Assembly (NCBI GenBank): GCA_963845195.1
Contig: CAWJRH010000001.1
Span: forward strand, 1,202,212 to 1,266,211
Source of the DNA: an uncultured delta proteobacterium
Lineage (GTDB): Bacteria > Myxococcota_A > Polyangia > Polyangiales > Houyiibacteriaceae
DNA: 64,000 bases
Direction: 5' to 3'
Both the position numbers and the translations under genes were made by a program. How positions within the stretch are numbered: the stretch's first letter is position 1; each line of letters starts with the position of its first letter. Under the pieces are notes generated by a model. That model saw only the letters and a program-made list of their open reading frames with translations, was not told the DNA's origin and ran no database searches. Below, piece by piece: positions 31,174 to 41,729 of the stretch.

Positions 31174-33750
31174 CTAATTGGCGAGGCCGGCCAGGTTGGC
31201 TCCCGCGGGAGCCCACTGGCCTCCGTTCACGTAGCGCACGCATGACCGACCCTCGTCGGTCACAGCGAACAAGTGCAGCCAGCCGTTCTCGACGAGCTCT
31301 TTGACCCCCGCATGCTTGTCGAGCACTGCCACGATTTGGGCCTTCGGCGCTTCGATGAACACGTTGAGCCGGAGCGGTTCGTGGATGAGCCGCGTGCCGT
31401 CGTGCACCGCCTGCCATGGAAGGCCGGTTCGAAGATCTCCGGCGTTCCCCTCGAGCACACCGACCGTGCCGACGACGTTGTGGAGCACCTTGTTGCCTGC
31501 GCCGAAAGCCTCGCGGTCGACCGCGGAGCCGTAGTACTGCAGATTGATCCAGCTCGCGACGACCATGGGTGCGGTCATGATCAGCTCGAGCACGTTCCAA
31601 CCGGCGTCTTCGTCGCTGTTGTAGTCGTGCAGAAACACGCGCCCCTGAAGGTCGACGCCTCGGGTCCTTGCTCGCGGCGCGGCAACGAACGCCGCGTTGC
31701 CCGCGAGGCCCCACTCCGGGCGCACCTGCGACCAGTCGCGGCTACGGGCGATGACGCCTTTGTCCACGTCTTGCCCTTTCGGAACGTTCAGAAGCAAGGA
31801 TCGTTCTGCGCGCGCCAGCGCGGATGCGCGTGGGAGCCAGTCTTCGAGCCGCTTCAAGTCCAGGACGTGCGACCTAGGCACCCGGTTGCGATCAAAGATG
31901 GTGATCTCGTCCGTCGTGGTGTCGTGGAGCGCCCCGAGGAACCAGGTGTCCTCCGGGATTGTGATCCCGCGGGCTGCGAGGCCTTCGCGGACAGCCGGGT
32001 CGTTGAGGGTCGCTGCAGCGAGGCGGGAGTTCGCGTCACCTGGGCTTCCGCCGCAGGCTCCGCAGTCGTATCCCGAGGCGTGCGGGTTGTTGACGATGGT
32101 ACTTCCGTGGCCGGTCAGCATGACTAGCCTCGCGAAGTTCTTGGTGAGAGACATGCCTCTGAGGGCGCCCTCGGCCGTGTCGATCCGCGCGGCTGCGGAG
32201 AGCCCGGTCGTTCGACCGCCAAGCGTCCCCGACTCGATTTCCGGCCCGAGCTGCGGGAGCAGGCGCTTGTCGATCCCGTCGACGTTCGGGTGCTTGACCG
32301 GTCGAGTCAGTCCGAGCGAGTCCCCGACGAGCTTCGCCGCAAACGCGAGGCCTGCGGTTTCCACGTACACGAATGACGAGACCGCAGAGCTCTTGAACGA
32401 TTTCCACGATTTGGCAGCGCGTCTGCGGAGCAGCCTCAGCCCGAGGATCTCGGTCGTTTCGTCCTCCGTGGCGCCGTCCACGCTCTCACGCACGACGAAC
32501 TTTGGTTTCAGCAGAACGGGGCACTGAGCCGCCCCCTCGGTCAGTCCGATGGGCACGTACTCGATGGGGAAGCCGAAGAACCCCGCGAAGCCGATCGTTT
32601 GAACCTGCGGCGCGACCTGTTCGAAGGCGCGCCGGAAGATCTCCGAGCGCACGTCGATGCAGAAGGCCGCCTGAACGACGCTCCGCTCCGGCACTCCATC
32701 GACGTCGGCCGCGGGTGCGGTGAGCTTGCCGATGAGCTGTCGTTGGAACGAACCATCGAACGCGCTCTGAAGCACCGAGTTCACGAGGAGCTCCCGTTCG
32801 TATTGCTTGTCGTTCGTTGCCACTTTTGCCGTTGAAGTCGCCTCACGCCACGCGTCGCGGAACGCGGGCTCCGAGTGCACATCGAAGAGCGCGAGATCCC
32901 ACGCCAGCCGTACGGCGAGGAGGTGAGGGACCAGGTCGTTGTCCCGTCCATCGAGCTCGTCGTACCAGCCCAAGTAGCGTGCGTAGGCAACCCAGCCGCG
33001 AATGCCGTAGAGGGAGCGGTAGAGGTAGTCGTCGACCGCACCCGCGCGGATTCCCAGCTTCTGCAGAATCGCCTCGATGGTTTGGATCGGATCCTCGGGC
33101 AGCGCGCCAACGACCTTGCGGAAGCCCGGGAGCCCAAGCACGTCGGTCGTGCGATCGAGACTTGCTGCGGCCCGCCACGCTGGATAGGGAGCGAGATTGC
33201 GCCACGGCATCGTCCACGCTGCCTGTCCGCCATCCCAATACGCAGCAAACCACTTGGCGATCTCGTCTACGACCATGCTCGATGTCCGAAGGCCGAGTAC
33301 CCGGTCGAGCACGTCTGCAACGGTTTCTACTTCGGAAGCGGTTTGGACCGATTCGACCCGCAGGGCGTCATGCAGCTCCGAGAGGCTCTTGGGAGCCAGC
33401 GGCAGGTCCTGGGCAGCATCGAGCGCTTGCTGCAGATCGACGTTGGTGATCCGCTGCTCGTCGACGAGCTGCGCGTAGTAGTTCCGGGGCATCAGCATGT
33501 CTGCGCCCGTCACTCGCTTCATTTTCACGCAGGCTTCTTGAAAGCGTTCGCCGGTCAGTCCCAAGAACGGGTTGACCGCAACGAAATTTTTCAGTGGCCA
33601 TAGCGGTGCAATCAAAGTCGAAGCGCGCAATACCGACTCCTCGACTGCCGCCCGATCTGCTCGTTGCCGATCGGTCAGCGGCTTGGATTGCGTCGACTCG
33701 GCACTGACCTTGTCGACCGATTCCACTGTATTTGCAAGCTGCTGAGTCAT
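31174..33750 (-). CDS. dabA: DabA/MpsB (DUF2309) inorganic carbon pump subunit
   Basis: PLWPLKNFVAVNP, FCIDVRSE, GHG, DCGACGG Zn-ligand motifs, DWSQVRPEWGL, INLQYY. Confidence 0.93.
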   Translation of the reverse strand: MTQQLANTVESVDKVSAESTQSKPLTDRQRADRAAVEESVLRASTLIAPLWPLKNFVAVNPFLGLTGERFQEACVKMKRVTGADMLMPRNYYAQLVDEQRITNVDLQQALDAAQDLPLAPKSLSELHDALRVESVQTASEVETVADVLDRVLGLRTSSMVVDEIAKWFAAYWDGGQAAWTMPWRNLAPYPAWRAAASLDRTTDVLGLPGFRKVVGALPEDPIQTIEAILQKLGIRAGAVDDYLYRSLYGIRGWVAYARYLGWYDELDGRDNDLVPHLLAVRLAWDLALFDVHSEPAFRDAWREATSTAKVATNDKQYERELLVNSVLQSAFDGSFQRQLIGKLTAPAADVDGVPERSVVQAAFCIDVRSEIFRRAFEQVAPQVQTIGFAGFFGFPIEYVPIGLTEGAAQCPVLLKPKFVVRESVDGATEDETTEILGLRLLRRRAAKSWKSFKSSAVSSFVYVETAGLAFAAKLVGDSLGLTRPVKHPNVDGIDKRLLPQLGPEIESGTLGGRTTGLSAAARIDTAEGALRGMSLTKNFARLVMLTGHGSTIVNNPHASGYDCGACGGSPGDANSRLAAATLNDPAVREGLAARGITIPEDTWFLGALHDTTTDEITIFDRNRVPRSHVLDLKRLEDWLPRASALARAERSLLLNVPKGQDVDKGVIARSRDWSQVRPEWGLAGNAAFVAAPRARTRGVDLQGRVFLHDYNSDEDAGWNVLELIMTAPMVVASWINLQYYGSAVDREAFGAGNKVLHNVVGTVGVLEGNAGDLRTGLPWQAVHDGTRLIHEPLRLNVFIEAPKAQIVAVLDKHAGVKELVENGWLHLFAVTDEGRSCVRYVNGGQWAPAGANLAGLAN

Positions 33751-35369
33751 GACTGGGCTCCCTGGATCGTTTGAGCGGGCGGATCGAGCGGCCACCACCG
33801 TTGAACGAGTCGGTTGGTGACTGCGTTGACGTAGAGACCGTTGAAGAGGTGCACGTAGATCGCCTGCCAGCGCGGCTCGGCCATGCGATAGGGCATCGTG
33901 TTCTGAAGCACCGTCACCGCGCCGAAGAGCAGGATGACGCCGGCGACGATTGCGAGGTCGAAGGGCCCGCGGAGCGCCTGCTTCTCAGGCATGCTGCCTG
34001 CCATCAGGTACTCGGCGCCGAGTTGGAGCGCGAAGTATGCGAATGCGACCGCCACGGCGAGCGCCGCGCCTCGGAAGATCACGTAGCGGCTTGGCCGTTC
34101 GTCGATCGCATTCGCGACGAGGTGGGTCACGCCCATGACGAGTACGGCGCCTAGGGCGAAGACGCCCGGGGCCCGCGTGAGACTTGCGCCGAACGCCAGA
34201 CTCACCGCCCAAGTCAGCCCGACCGCGCCCGCAAGCCCGACCGCGAGTCGCGCCGGGTGCGGCTTGCCGTGAGGCCGCGCCACCCAAGAGGCGCGCGAGA
34301 TGTCGATCACGCTGCCCGAGGACAAGAAGGCATGCGCCTTGTAGAGAGAGTGCGCGACGATATGGAGGGTGGCTGCGGAGAAGGCCCCGAGCCCACACTG
34401 GAGCATCATGAAGCCCATCTGGGCGATGGTGGACCAGGCGAGAGACACCTTGATACTCGTCTGCGTCAGCATGACCACCGATGCGAAGATCGCGGTGAAT
34501 CCGCCGACCACGGCCAGCATCTCGAGAGCAGGCACAGAGAGGGAGATCACGTCGCTAAGACGAATGACGAGGAAGCCGCCCGCGTTGATGATACCGGCGT
34601 GCAGAAGCGCTGAAACCGGGGTCGGCGTTTCCATCACCTCGGTCAGCCAGCCATGGAAGGGGAACTGTGCCGACTTCAGCATTGCGCCCACGACCAGGAA
34701 CATCGCGAGCAGATGCACGAGTCCAGGGACCGATTCTGTGTCTCGCATCTCGTTGGCGGCAGCAAACACCGTCGAAAAATCGAGGCTGCCGAAGAGCGAG
34801 TAGACGATCACCATGGACGAGACGAGGCAGAGGTCGCCGAGGCGGCTCGCGATGAACTTCTTGCGGGCGGCGAGGCGTGCAGCGGGTCGGTCTTTGTAGA
34901 AGACCAAGAGCTTGTGGAGGCAGAGGCTGCTTGCGACCCATGCGAGGGTGAACTGCAGCAGATTGCCCGAAATGATGATCGAGAGGACGGCGGCCAGCGT
35001 GAGGCAGAGCCACTTGAGGAAACGTCCCTGCATGGCGTCCCCGTCGAGGTAGTTGCGGCTGTAGCTGACGACGATCATCCCGACGAATGCGACGAGGAGC
35101 GCCATGACCGCCGAGAGGGCGTCATAGTACAGCGTCAGGTGAACTCCGTCGGCGGGCCCGAGGAGGAGCGTGGTGGCGGGAGCCGTCGGGTCGTTGAGAA
35201 ACAGGGCCGCGGCCGCGATCAGCGCGACGCCAAAGGCGACCGCCGCCGCGGCGCGGGCCAGGCCAAACATCAGGGCGGGCCTCTGGTTGGCCGCCTTCGA
35301 CGGAATGAGCCCCACCGCGATGAGAGACGCGGGAGCAAGGATGAGTATCGCTAGTGTCCAGGTCGCCAT
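33747..35369 (-). CDS. dabB: DabB/MpsA NuoL-like membrane subunit
   Basis: KSAQFPFHGWL, METPTPVSALLHAG, HSLYKAHAFL; 4-bp overlap with dabA. Confidence 0.92.
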   Translation of the reverse strand: MATWTLAILILAPASLIAVGLIPSKAANQRPALMFGLARAAAAVAFGVALIAAAALFLNDPTAPATTLLLGPADGVHLTLYYDALSAVMALLVAFVGMIVVSYSRNYLDGDAMQGRFLKWLCLTLAAVLSIIISGNLLQFTLAWVASSLCLHKLLVFYKDRPAARLAARKKFIASRLGDLCLVSSMVIVYSLFGSLDFSTVFAAANEMRDTESVPGLVHLLAMFLVVGAMLKSAQFPFHGWLTEVMETPTPVSALLHAGIINAGGFLVIRLSDVISLSVPALEMLAVVGGFTAIFASVVMLTQTSIKVSLAWSTIAQMGFMMLQCGLGAFSAATLHIVAHSLYKAHAFLSSGSVIDISRASWVARPHGKPHPARLAVGLAGAVGLTWAVSLAFGASLTRAPGVFALGAVLVMGVTHLVANAIDERPSRYVIFRGAALAVAVAFAYFALQLGAEYLMAGSMPEKQALRGPFDLAIVAGVILLFGAVTVLQNTMPYRMAEPRWQAIYVHLFNGLYVNAVTNRLVQRWWPLDPPAQTIQGAQS

Positions 35370-35409
35370 AATTTCTCCTGAGGAAGCGCACTTTAGATAG
35401 CGACGGCTC

Positions 35410-35461
35410 TGTATTCTGTAAAATACAAAGATTGTAAAAATAAGTTCTGTATTGTAGAACT
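35410..35461. promoter_or_regulatory. AT-rich divergent control region with LysR-type palindromes
   Basis: AGTTCT-N7-AGAACT (35443-35461), TGTATT-N6-AATACA (35410-35427), TACAA-N3-TTGTA (35424-35436) between dabB and the divergent LysR. Confidence 0.65.
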
Positions 35462-35468
35462 AATCGCT

Positions 35469-36365
35469 ATGGCTGACCTCAACTACCATCATTTACGATA
35501 CTTCTGGGCCATCGCCCACGAGGGCAAACTCACTCTCGCTGCCAAGCGATTCGCAGTGTCGCAGTCCGCTCTTTCCACACAAGTGAAGAAACTCGAGGAC
35601 CAGCTCGGCCACGCCCTGTTCGATCGTCAGGGCAGGGGGCTGAAACTCACCGAGGCGGGCCGCATCGCCCTCGACTACGCAGACACCGTGTTTCGCGCCG
35701 GAGATGAGCTCGTCAGCACCCTGCAAGGCCGCGGCGAGACCGAGCGACAGGTGCTTCGTGTCGGTGCGATCACCACGCTCTCGCGCAACTTCCAGATCGC
35801 CCTGCTCGGTCCGCTCGTCGGTCGACGTGACGTCGAGATCATCGTGCGTTCCGGCACGATGCGAGAGCTTCTGTCTCAGCTCGAAGCGCACGCGATCGAC
35901 CTGGTGCTGTCGAACCAGCGGGTTGCGCGGGACGCCAAGACCTCCTGGCACAGCCATTTACTTCAAGAGCAGCCGGTGAGTTTGGTCGGTCCTCCTGCAC
36001 CCGACGACCCGCCGTTCCGCTTCCCCGACGACCTCGGCGAGCTCCCGGTACTCCTGCCGAGTCTCGATAGCGATGTGCGCGTTGCGTTCGACCGACTGAT
36101 GGAGCTCGCGGGTGTACGCCCCACCATCTTGGCCGAGGTCGATGACATGGCGATGCTGCGCCTCCTCGCACGCGACAGTCAGTGTCTCACTCTGGTGCCG
36201 CCGGTGGTCGTGCGCGACGAGCTCCGCACGGGCGTCCTCGTCGAACGCTGCAAGATCCCCGAAATCACCGAGTGCTTCTACGCGATCACCCAGAGTCGGC
36301 GATTCCCCAACCCACTCGTCAAAGAGATCCTCTCGAAGCCGCTCGAGATGGGTCCCGAGGATTGA
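35469..36365 (+). CDS. LysR family regulator (NhaR-like), divergent from dabBA
   Basis: LNYHHLRYFW..SQSALSTQ HTH; AEVDDMAMLRL. Confidence 0.93.
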   Translation: MADLNYHHLRYFWAIAHEGKLTLAAKRFAVSQSALSTQVKKLEDQLGHALFDRQGRGLKLTEAGRIALDYADTVFRAGDELVSTLQGRGETERQVLRVGAITTLSRNFQIALLGPLVGRRDVEIIVRSGTMRELLSQLEAHAIDLVLSNQRVARDAKTSWHSHLLQEQPVSLVGPPAPDDPPFRFPDDLGELPVLLPSLDSDVRVAFDRLMELAGVRPTILAEVDDMAMLRLLARDSQCLTLVPPVVVRDELRTGVLVERCKIPEITECFYAITQSRRFPNPLVKEILSKPLEMGPED

Positions 36366-36506
36366 AGTTGCTGGGGTCTGAAGAGAGCGACGAGACGGAT
36401 CGTGGCTGCCGTCGTCTCGGCGTGAGCTTGTCTTGCCTCGCCTCGCTGCGCCGGTACTCTAAGCCATGCGCGCAAGGATAGACTCCAATCCCAACGGTAC
36501 GAACTC

Positions 36507-37154
36507 GTGATTCTTCGGGAAGAACGTGTCGCCGTCGCAGAACATTGCCGACGCTTGGGCACGCTCGGTCTGACGCCAGGCACGAGCGGCAACATCAGCG
36601 TGCTGAGCCGCGATCGGGGGCTCGCCGCGGTCAGTCCGAGCGCGATGCGCTACGAGGACATCAACCCTGACGACGTGGTGGTGCTCGACATGGACGGCTC
36701 AGTCGTCGATGGGACGCGCCGCGCCTCTTCCGAGTCCGAAATGCACCTCGGCTGCTACCGTTCGCGCGAGGATCTTGGCGCCGTCGTGCATACCCACTCG
36801 CCTAAGGCCACCACCCTCGCGGTGCTCGGCTGGGACCTCCCGGCAGTCCACTACGCAATCGCGCTGAGCGGTAGGTCAGTCGTGCGCTGTGCCAAGTATC
36901 ATGCCTTCGGCTCGCGCGACCTCGCAGAAGCCGCTGCCGCATGCCTCGACGGCGGCTATGCGTGCCTGCTCCAGAATCACGGGGTCCTTGTGGCGGGCCC
37001 CGACATTGCGCGCGCCTTCGGGCTCGCCGAACAGATCGAGTTCTGCGCCGACCTCTACCTGCGCGCCAAGACCGTTGGGGAGCCAAACATTCTCAGCGAC
37101 GCTCAGATCGCCGATGTCGTTGCCCGCTTCGACCGCTACGAGCCGCAGCAATAG
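36507..37154 (+). CDS. Class II aldolase (fuculose-phosphate aldolase-like)
   Basis: GTSGNIS, SSESEMH, VVHTHS, LLQNHG. Confidence 0.88.
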   Translation: MILREERVAVAEHCRRLGTLGLTPGTSGNISVLSRDRGLAAVSPSAMRYEDINPDDVVVLDMDGSVVDGTRRASSESEMHLGCYRSREDLGAVVHTHSPKATTLAVLGWDLPAVHYAIALSGRSVVRCAKYHAFGSRDLAEAAAACLDGGYACLLQNHGVLVAGPDIARAFGLAEQIEFCADLYLRAKTVGEPNILSDAQIADVVARFDRYEPQQ

Positions 37155-37169
37155 CCGCGCGCATCCGCC

Positions 37170-39068
37170 TCAACCAGAAGCGATCTCCTCGAGCTCCATC
37201 CACCGCGCGAGCAGACGCTCCAGGTCCTCTTGCGTTTTGCGCTGACGTTCGAGGATTGCGGGCACCTCGGACGAGCGCTCTGCGTAGAGCTCGGGGTCTG
37301 CGAGGGTCGCTTCCAGCTCGCCGGCGAGCGTCTCAGCCTTTTCGATCGAACCAAGCACCTCTTCGAGTTCGGCCTTCTGCCTGTAAGAGAGCTTCTTGGC
37401 CTTCTGGACTGGCGCGCGCTTGTTCGTTTTTGCGTTCTCGTTGCTCGCAGACTTCCTCGCCGCCGCCTCCTCGGTGCGACGTTGTCGGTAGTCGCTGTAG
37501 TTGCCCGCATACGACGTGAGACGTCCATCGGCTTCAAAGGCCAGGATGCCGGTCGCGACGCGATCGAGAAAGTAGCGGTCGTGAGAGACGATGAGCGAAG
37601 TCGCCTCGCTCTCGACCAACATCTGCTCGAGCGTCGCAAGAGTGGCCACGTCGAGGTCGTTGGTCGGTTCATCGAGCACCAGGACGTTGGCGGGAAGCAG
37701 CAGCATCTTGGCCAGAGCGGCACGAGCCCGTTCGCCTCCCGAGAGCACGCCGACGAGGTCTCTCGAGCGGTGCGGCTCGAACATGAAGCGCTTGAGGTAG
37801 CTCCGTACGTCGATCGACCGGCCCTGAAAATCTACGTGGGTGCGGTCGCCCGCCACGTTCTCGTGGAGCGACGAATCCTCGTCGAGCCCGCTTCTGCCCT
37901 GGTCAAAGTAGGCGAACTTAGTGTTTTTGCCGATGGACACCTGACCGGCGTCCGGCTGTCGTTGCCCTAGCAAGCCCTCGAGCAGAGTCGTCTTGCCGAC
38001 CCCGTTCGGGCCCACGATCCCGATGCGCTCCCCTTTCTGGAGGATGAAGTCGAACTCGCGGACCAAAGTGCGTCCTCCGAGCTCGAGCGTGAGGCCCTCT
38101 GCTTGAAGCACCGATCGACCAAGCCGCTCGGTCTGGACTTCGAAGCTGCCGCTCTTCTCTGCGACGGGGCCCTTGGCGTCGCGCAGAGCGACCGCGCGAT
38201 CCACTCGTGACTTCGACTTGGTGGTCCGCGCTTTGGGCGACCGCCGCAACCACTCGAGCTCGGTCCGGAGCAGGTTCTGTCGGTTGGCTTCCGTTCTCGA
38301 GGCGTGGGCCATGCGCTCTGCCTTGGCGGTCAGGTACGAATGCCAACCGCCCGAGTAGCTGTGAACCTGGCCCTCGGCGATCTCGAGGGTCCGGGTCACG
38401 ACCCGATCGAGTACGTATCGATCGTGCGTGATGAGCAGCAGTGCGCCGCGATACTGTTCCTGCAGATACGTTTCGAGCCATTCGATCGTATCGGCGTCGA
38501 GATGATTGGTCGGCTCGTCGAGGATCGCGAGCGTCGGCTCCTCGATCAGCAGCCGCGCGAGAGCGACACGCCGCCGTTCGCCGCCGCTCAGTTCGCCGAT
38601 CGGTCGAAGGATCTCTCGCATCCCGAGCTGTTCGAGCAGAACGTCGACCTGGTGTCCTCGCTCCCACCCACCTAGGCGTTCGACCTCCTGCGCGCTTTGC
38701 GCCTGCTGCTCGAGCAACCCTTCCCAACCTGCTTCTTGGGCTGCAATCTGATTGCTGAGAGTCTCGTGCGAATCCCGCGCTTCGGCCCAGGCCCCCAAGC
38801 CCTCGAGGACGACCTCGCGCGCGGTACGGTCGAGCGGCAGGTCGGGAACCTGCGACAGATAGCGGATCGTAGCCTCTCGACGGCAGGCGATGCGACCCTC
38901 GTCCGCGGCTTCGAGCCCCACCAGCACGCGGGCCAGGGTAGATTTGCCGGCGCCGTTCGAACCGACGAGCCCAATTCGATCGCCTTCGTGAATGGAGACC
39001 GCCACGCCATCGAGCAGAGTGAGGTCGCCGTACGACTTCTTCAGGTTCTCTGCGACGAGGATAGGCAC
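37170..39068 (-). CDS. uup: ABC-F family ATPase (Uup-like)
   Basis: Two ABC cassettes (GSNGAGKS, LSGGE, LDEPTNHLD; GPNGVGKT, LDEPTNDLD), linker ELEWLRR..KARTTKSK, C-terminal coiled coil RWMELE. Confidence 0.88.
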   Translation of the reverse strand: MPILVAENLKKSYGDLTLLDGVAVSIHEGDRIGLVGSNGAGKSTLARVLVGLEAADEGRIACRREATIRYLSQVPDLPLDRTAREVVLEGLGAWAEARDSHETLSNQIAAQEAGWEGLLEQQAQSAQEVERLGGWERGHQVDVLLEQLGMREILRPIGELSGGERRRVALARLLIEEPTLAILDEPTNHLDADTIEWLETYLQEQYRGALLLITHDRYVLDRVVTRTLEIAEGQVHSYSGGWHSYLTAKAERMAHASRTEANRQNLLRTELEWLRRSPKARTTKSKSRVDRAVALRDAKGPVAEKSGSFEVQTERLGRSVLQAEGLTLELGGRTLVREFDFILQKGERIGIVGPNGVGKTTLLEGLLGQRQPDAGQVSIGKNTKFAYFDQGRSGLDEDSSLHENVAGDRTHVDFQGRSIDVRSYLKRFMFEPHRSRDLVGVLSGGERARAALAKMLLLPANVLVLDEPTNDLDVATLATLEQMLVESEATSLIVSHDRYFLDRVATGILAFEADGRLTSYAGNYSDYRQRRTEEAAARKSASNENAKTNKRAPVQKAKKLSYRQKAELEEVLGSIEKAETLAGELEATLADPELYAERSSEVPAILERQRKTQEDLERLLARWMELEEIASG

Positions 39069-39242
39069 GCCGAGGGGTATCACTCGCGTTCGAGTCGAGC
39101 GAGGATCCTTGTCACCGCGCCCGCATCAGCAGCGGGTTTTGGCGATAATTGACGATTTATTGGCGCCTCCCTCGGTGTTTGGATGCGCCGGTCTCTGCCA
39201 TCGTCGAGACTGGATGGGGAGACCCCCGTCTGGAGGTGGTGC

Positions 39243-40472
39243 ATGTCCATGCTGAATCCGGTGTTTTCGAAAGGTGACGTTCGCTACCGCGACGGGAAAC
39301 GCTACGGGTGGCTGCTGTCGCTTCTGGTTCCCGCCTTCCTCGCGAGCGGGCCACTGTTCTACGCCGTCACGGGCTCGGCCGCCTCGCTCTTCATTCCCGC
39401 GCTGGTCGTGTACGCAGCGATCCCTCTGCTCGATATGCTGCTTGGGGAAGACCACAACAATCCTCCTGAAGAGATCGTCCCGCTGCTCGAGCAGGACGCT
39501 TACTATCGATGGGCGACCTACTTGCTGGTGCCCGTGCTCTGGATCGGCTTCGTCGCGAATGCCTACTTCGTTGGCACGCAGGCGCTGCCCTGGTTCGGTG
39601 TCCTCGCGGTTGCGTTGAACACTGGGATCCTCTGCGGGACCGCGATCAACCTCGGTCACGAGCTCGGTCACAAGAAGTCCAAGCTCGAGCGAAACCTGGC
39701 CACCGCAGTTCTCGGCATGTCGGCCTACGGGCATTTTGCCATCGAGCACAATCGCGGACACCACCGCCACGTGGCAACCCCGGAGGACTGCGCGTCTTCA
39801 CGCATGGGCGAGGGGCTCTATCGCTTCGCGCTGCGCGAACTCCCGGGTGGCTTTCGCCGGGCTTGGATGCTCGAGACGGGGCGGCTTCAACGGCACGGAC
39901 AGCGTGTTTGGTCTCTCGACAACGAGATTGTGCGCGCCGGTCTGATCACGGTCGGATTGTCGGTTGGGCTGTGGGCTGCGTTTGGACCCATCATGATTCC
40001 CTATCTCGGGGCGACCTATTGCATCGGGGCGTTTCATCTGACGTTGGCGAACTACGTCGAGCACTACGGGCTTCTTCGACAGAAGCGCGACAACGGGCTC
40101 TACGAACGGTGTCAGCCGCACCACTCATGGAACAGCAATCACATCTGCTCCAACTGGGCGAGCTACCATCTGCAGCGACACTCGGACCACCACGCCAACC
40201 CTGGTCGACGGTACCAGTCACTTCGTCATTTCGACGGCCTTCCGACCTTGCCGAACGGCTATTTCGGAATGTTCATTCTCGCGGTCATTCCGCCGCTCTG
40301 GTTCCGCGTCATGGACCCGCTTCTTCTCGACCACGCCGATCGCAATCCAGAGCGCATCAACTTCGACCCCCGACGTCGTGATGCACTCTGCGTGCGATAC
40401 GGGCTCGAATACACCGCTCCCCTCGAACAGACCGCAGCGACTTCTCGGGCGCCCACCCGTACGGCTGCCTGA
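39243..40472 (+). CDS. alkB: Alkane 1-monooxygenase (integral membrane di-iron)
   Basis: HELGH, EHNRGHH, NYVEHYGL, LQRHSDHHA; N-terminal YRDGKRY.W; GGAGG RBS. Confidence 0.93.
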   Translation: MSMLNPVFSKGDVRYRDGKRYGWLLSLLVPAFLASGPLFYAVTGSAASLFIPALVVYAAIPLLDMLLGEDHNNPPEEIVPLLEQDAYYRWATYLLVPVLWIGFVANAYFVGTQALPWFGVLAVALNTGILCGTAINLGHELGHKKSKLERNLATAVLGMSAYGHFAIEHNRGHHRHVATPEDCASSRMGEGLYRFALRELPGGFRRAWMLETGRLQRHGQRVWSLDNEIVRAGLITVGLSVGLWAAFGPIMIPYLGATYCIGAFHLTLANYVEHYGLLRQKRDNGLYERCQPHHSWNSNHICSNWASYHLQRHSDHHANPGRRYQSLRHFDGLPTLPNGYFGMFILAVIPPLWFRVMDPLLLDHADRNPERINFDPRRRDALCVRYGLEYTAPLEQTAATSRAPTRTAA

Positions 40473-40547
40473 CCCGATCGAACCGGAGCCTGGCTCCAAG
40501 CTCGTTGATTCGCTGCACCGCCCGCCATATCTTCGCGGGCAACGAGG

Positions 40548-41615
40548 ATGATCGGTCGAGTTACAGGTGAGGATGTCGCGAACGGGGAGGGCGAGAGGGC
40601 CCCGGAGGCATCGCAGCTTCGACCGAGCATTCATCCGACCTACGCCCGGCTCCTCGTCGCCGAGTTGAAGCGTCGGGGATTCCCCGAAGCAGAGATCGTC
40701 CACAGTACCCGGCTCGACTGGTCGCAGCTTCTCGAAGAGGACCACTTCTTGAGCATCGAGCAGTTGCGCCGTCTGGTGATCAGGAGCTTCGAGCTCACCG
40801 GCGAGGGCTGGCTTGGCCTCGACGTCGGACGCTCGACCCAAGTGTCGTCTCACGGTCCGATCGGCTACGCCATGGTCGCGAGCGCCGACGTCCGTCAGGC
40901 GCTCGAAGTCGCCGTCCGATACTCGTCCCTTCGGCTTCAAGTCACGAAGTTCGCGCTCGACCAGGGCGATGGTCGACTACGACTGCGCATCGAGCCCTCC
41001 GCTGGGTGGGGAGAGCTAGAAGAGTACATCTCGCTGCACATCGTGGGTGGGGTCAGCGTCTTGCTCGAGACCGTTAGCGGGATGCAGCTACCCGACACGC
41101 GGGTCGCCCTAGCCTATGCAGAGCCAGCTTGGTCAGGCGAGTATCGAGAACGACTGAAGGGGGTCGAACTCGAGTTCGACGCAGCAGTGAGCGCGATCGA
41201 CCTTCCCGAATCGTTCGTGTCGACCCCGTGTATCACCGCGGACGCAACGGCATTCCGCGAGGCGATTCGCCTGTGCGAACGAACCGAGGCGCGTCACGAG
41301 ACCGACGGCGACCTCTCGCAGCAAGTCCTCGAGCGGCTGCTCGATCGACAGGGCGACTACCCGAGTCTCAGCGAGATGGCGAAGGCGCTTCACCTGTCGG
41401 ACCGAACCCTGAACCGTAAGCTCAAGGCCCAGGGCACTTCCTATCAGATGCTGCTTGATGACGTGCGTCAGGAGCTCGCCATGTGGTACCTCCGACAAAC
41501 CCAGTTGCCCATCGAAGCCATCGCCGATCGCCTCGGCTACCGCGACACTTCGAATTTCAGCAGAACCTGCAAGCGCTGGTTCGGGGTCACGCCGCGTGCG
41601 ATTCGGATGGCGTGA
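40548..41615 (+). CDS. AraC family regulator (OruR-like N-terminal domain)
   Basis: HGPIGYAM N-terminal domain; LSDRTLNRKL and IADRLGYRDTSNFSR..KRWFGVTP. Confidence 0.9.
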   Translation: MIGRVTGEDVANGEGERAPEASQLRPSIHPTYARLLVAELKRRGFPEAEIVHSTRLDWSQLLEEDHFLSIEQLRRLVIRSFELTGEGWLGLDVGRSTQVSSHGPIGYAMVASADVRQALEVAVRYSSLRLQVTKFALDQGDGRLRLRIEPSAGWGELEEYISLHIVGGVSVLLETVSGMQLPDTRVALAYAEPAWSGEYRERLKGVELEFDAAVSAIDLPESFVSTPCITADATAFREAIRLCERTEARHETDGDLSQQVLERLLDRQGDYPSLSEMAKALHLSDRTLNRKLKAQGTSYQMLLDDVRQELAMWYLRQTQLPIEAIADRLGYRDTSNFSRTCKRWFGVTPRAIRMA

Positions 41616-41729
41616 CAGAGACTGCGAACTGTAACGAGGCGCGAGCGCGGCGGAGTCGTCTCTTGACATCTTCTCGCCGTGGGTGTCGCCTGACCGCAAG
41701 CGCATCACGCGCAGAGATGGAGCAAGAAG

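Noticed and set aside
33747-35369. Complex I nuoL or Mrp antiporter
   Set aside because: No other nuo/mrp genes; overlap with DUF2309 identifies it as DabB.
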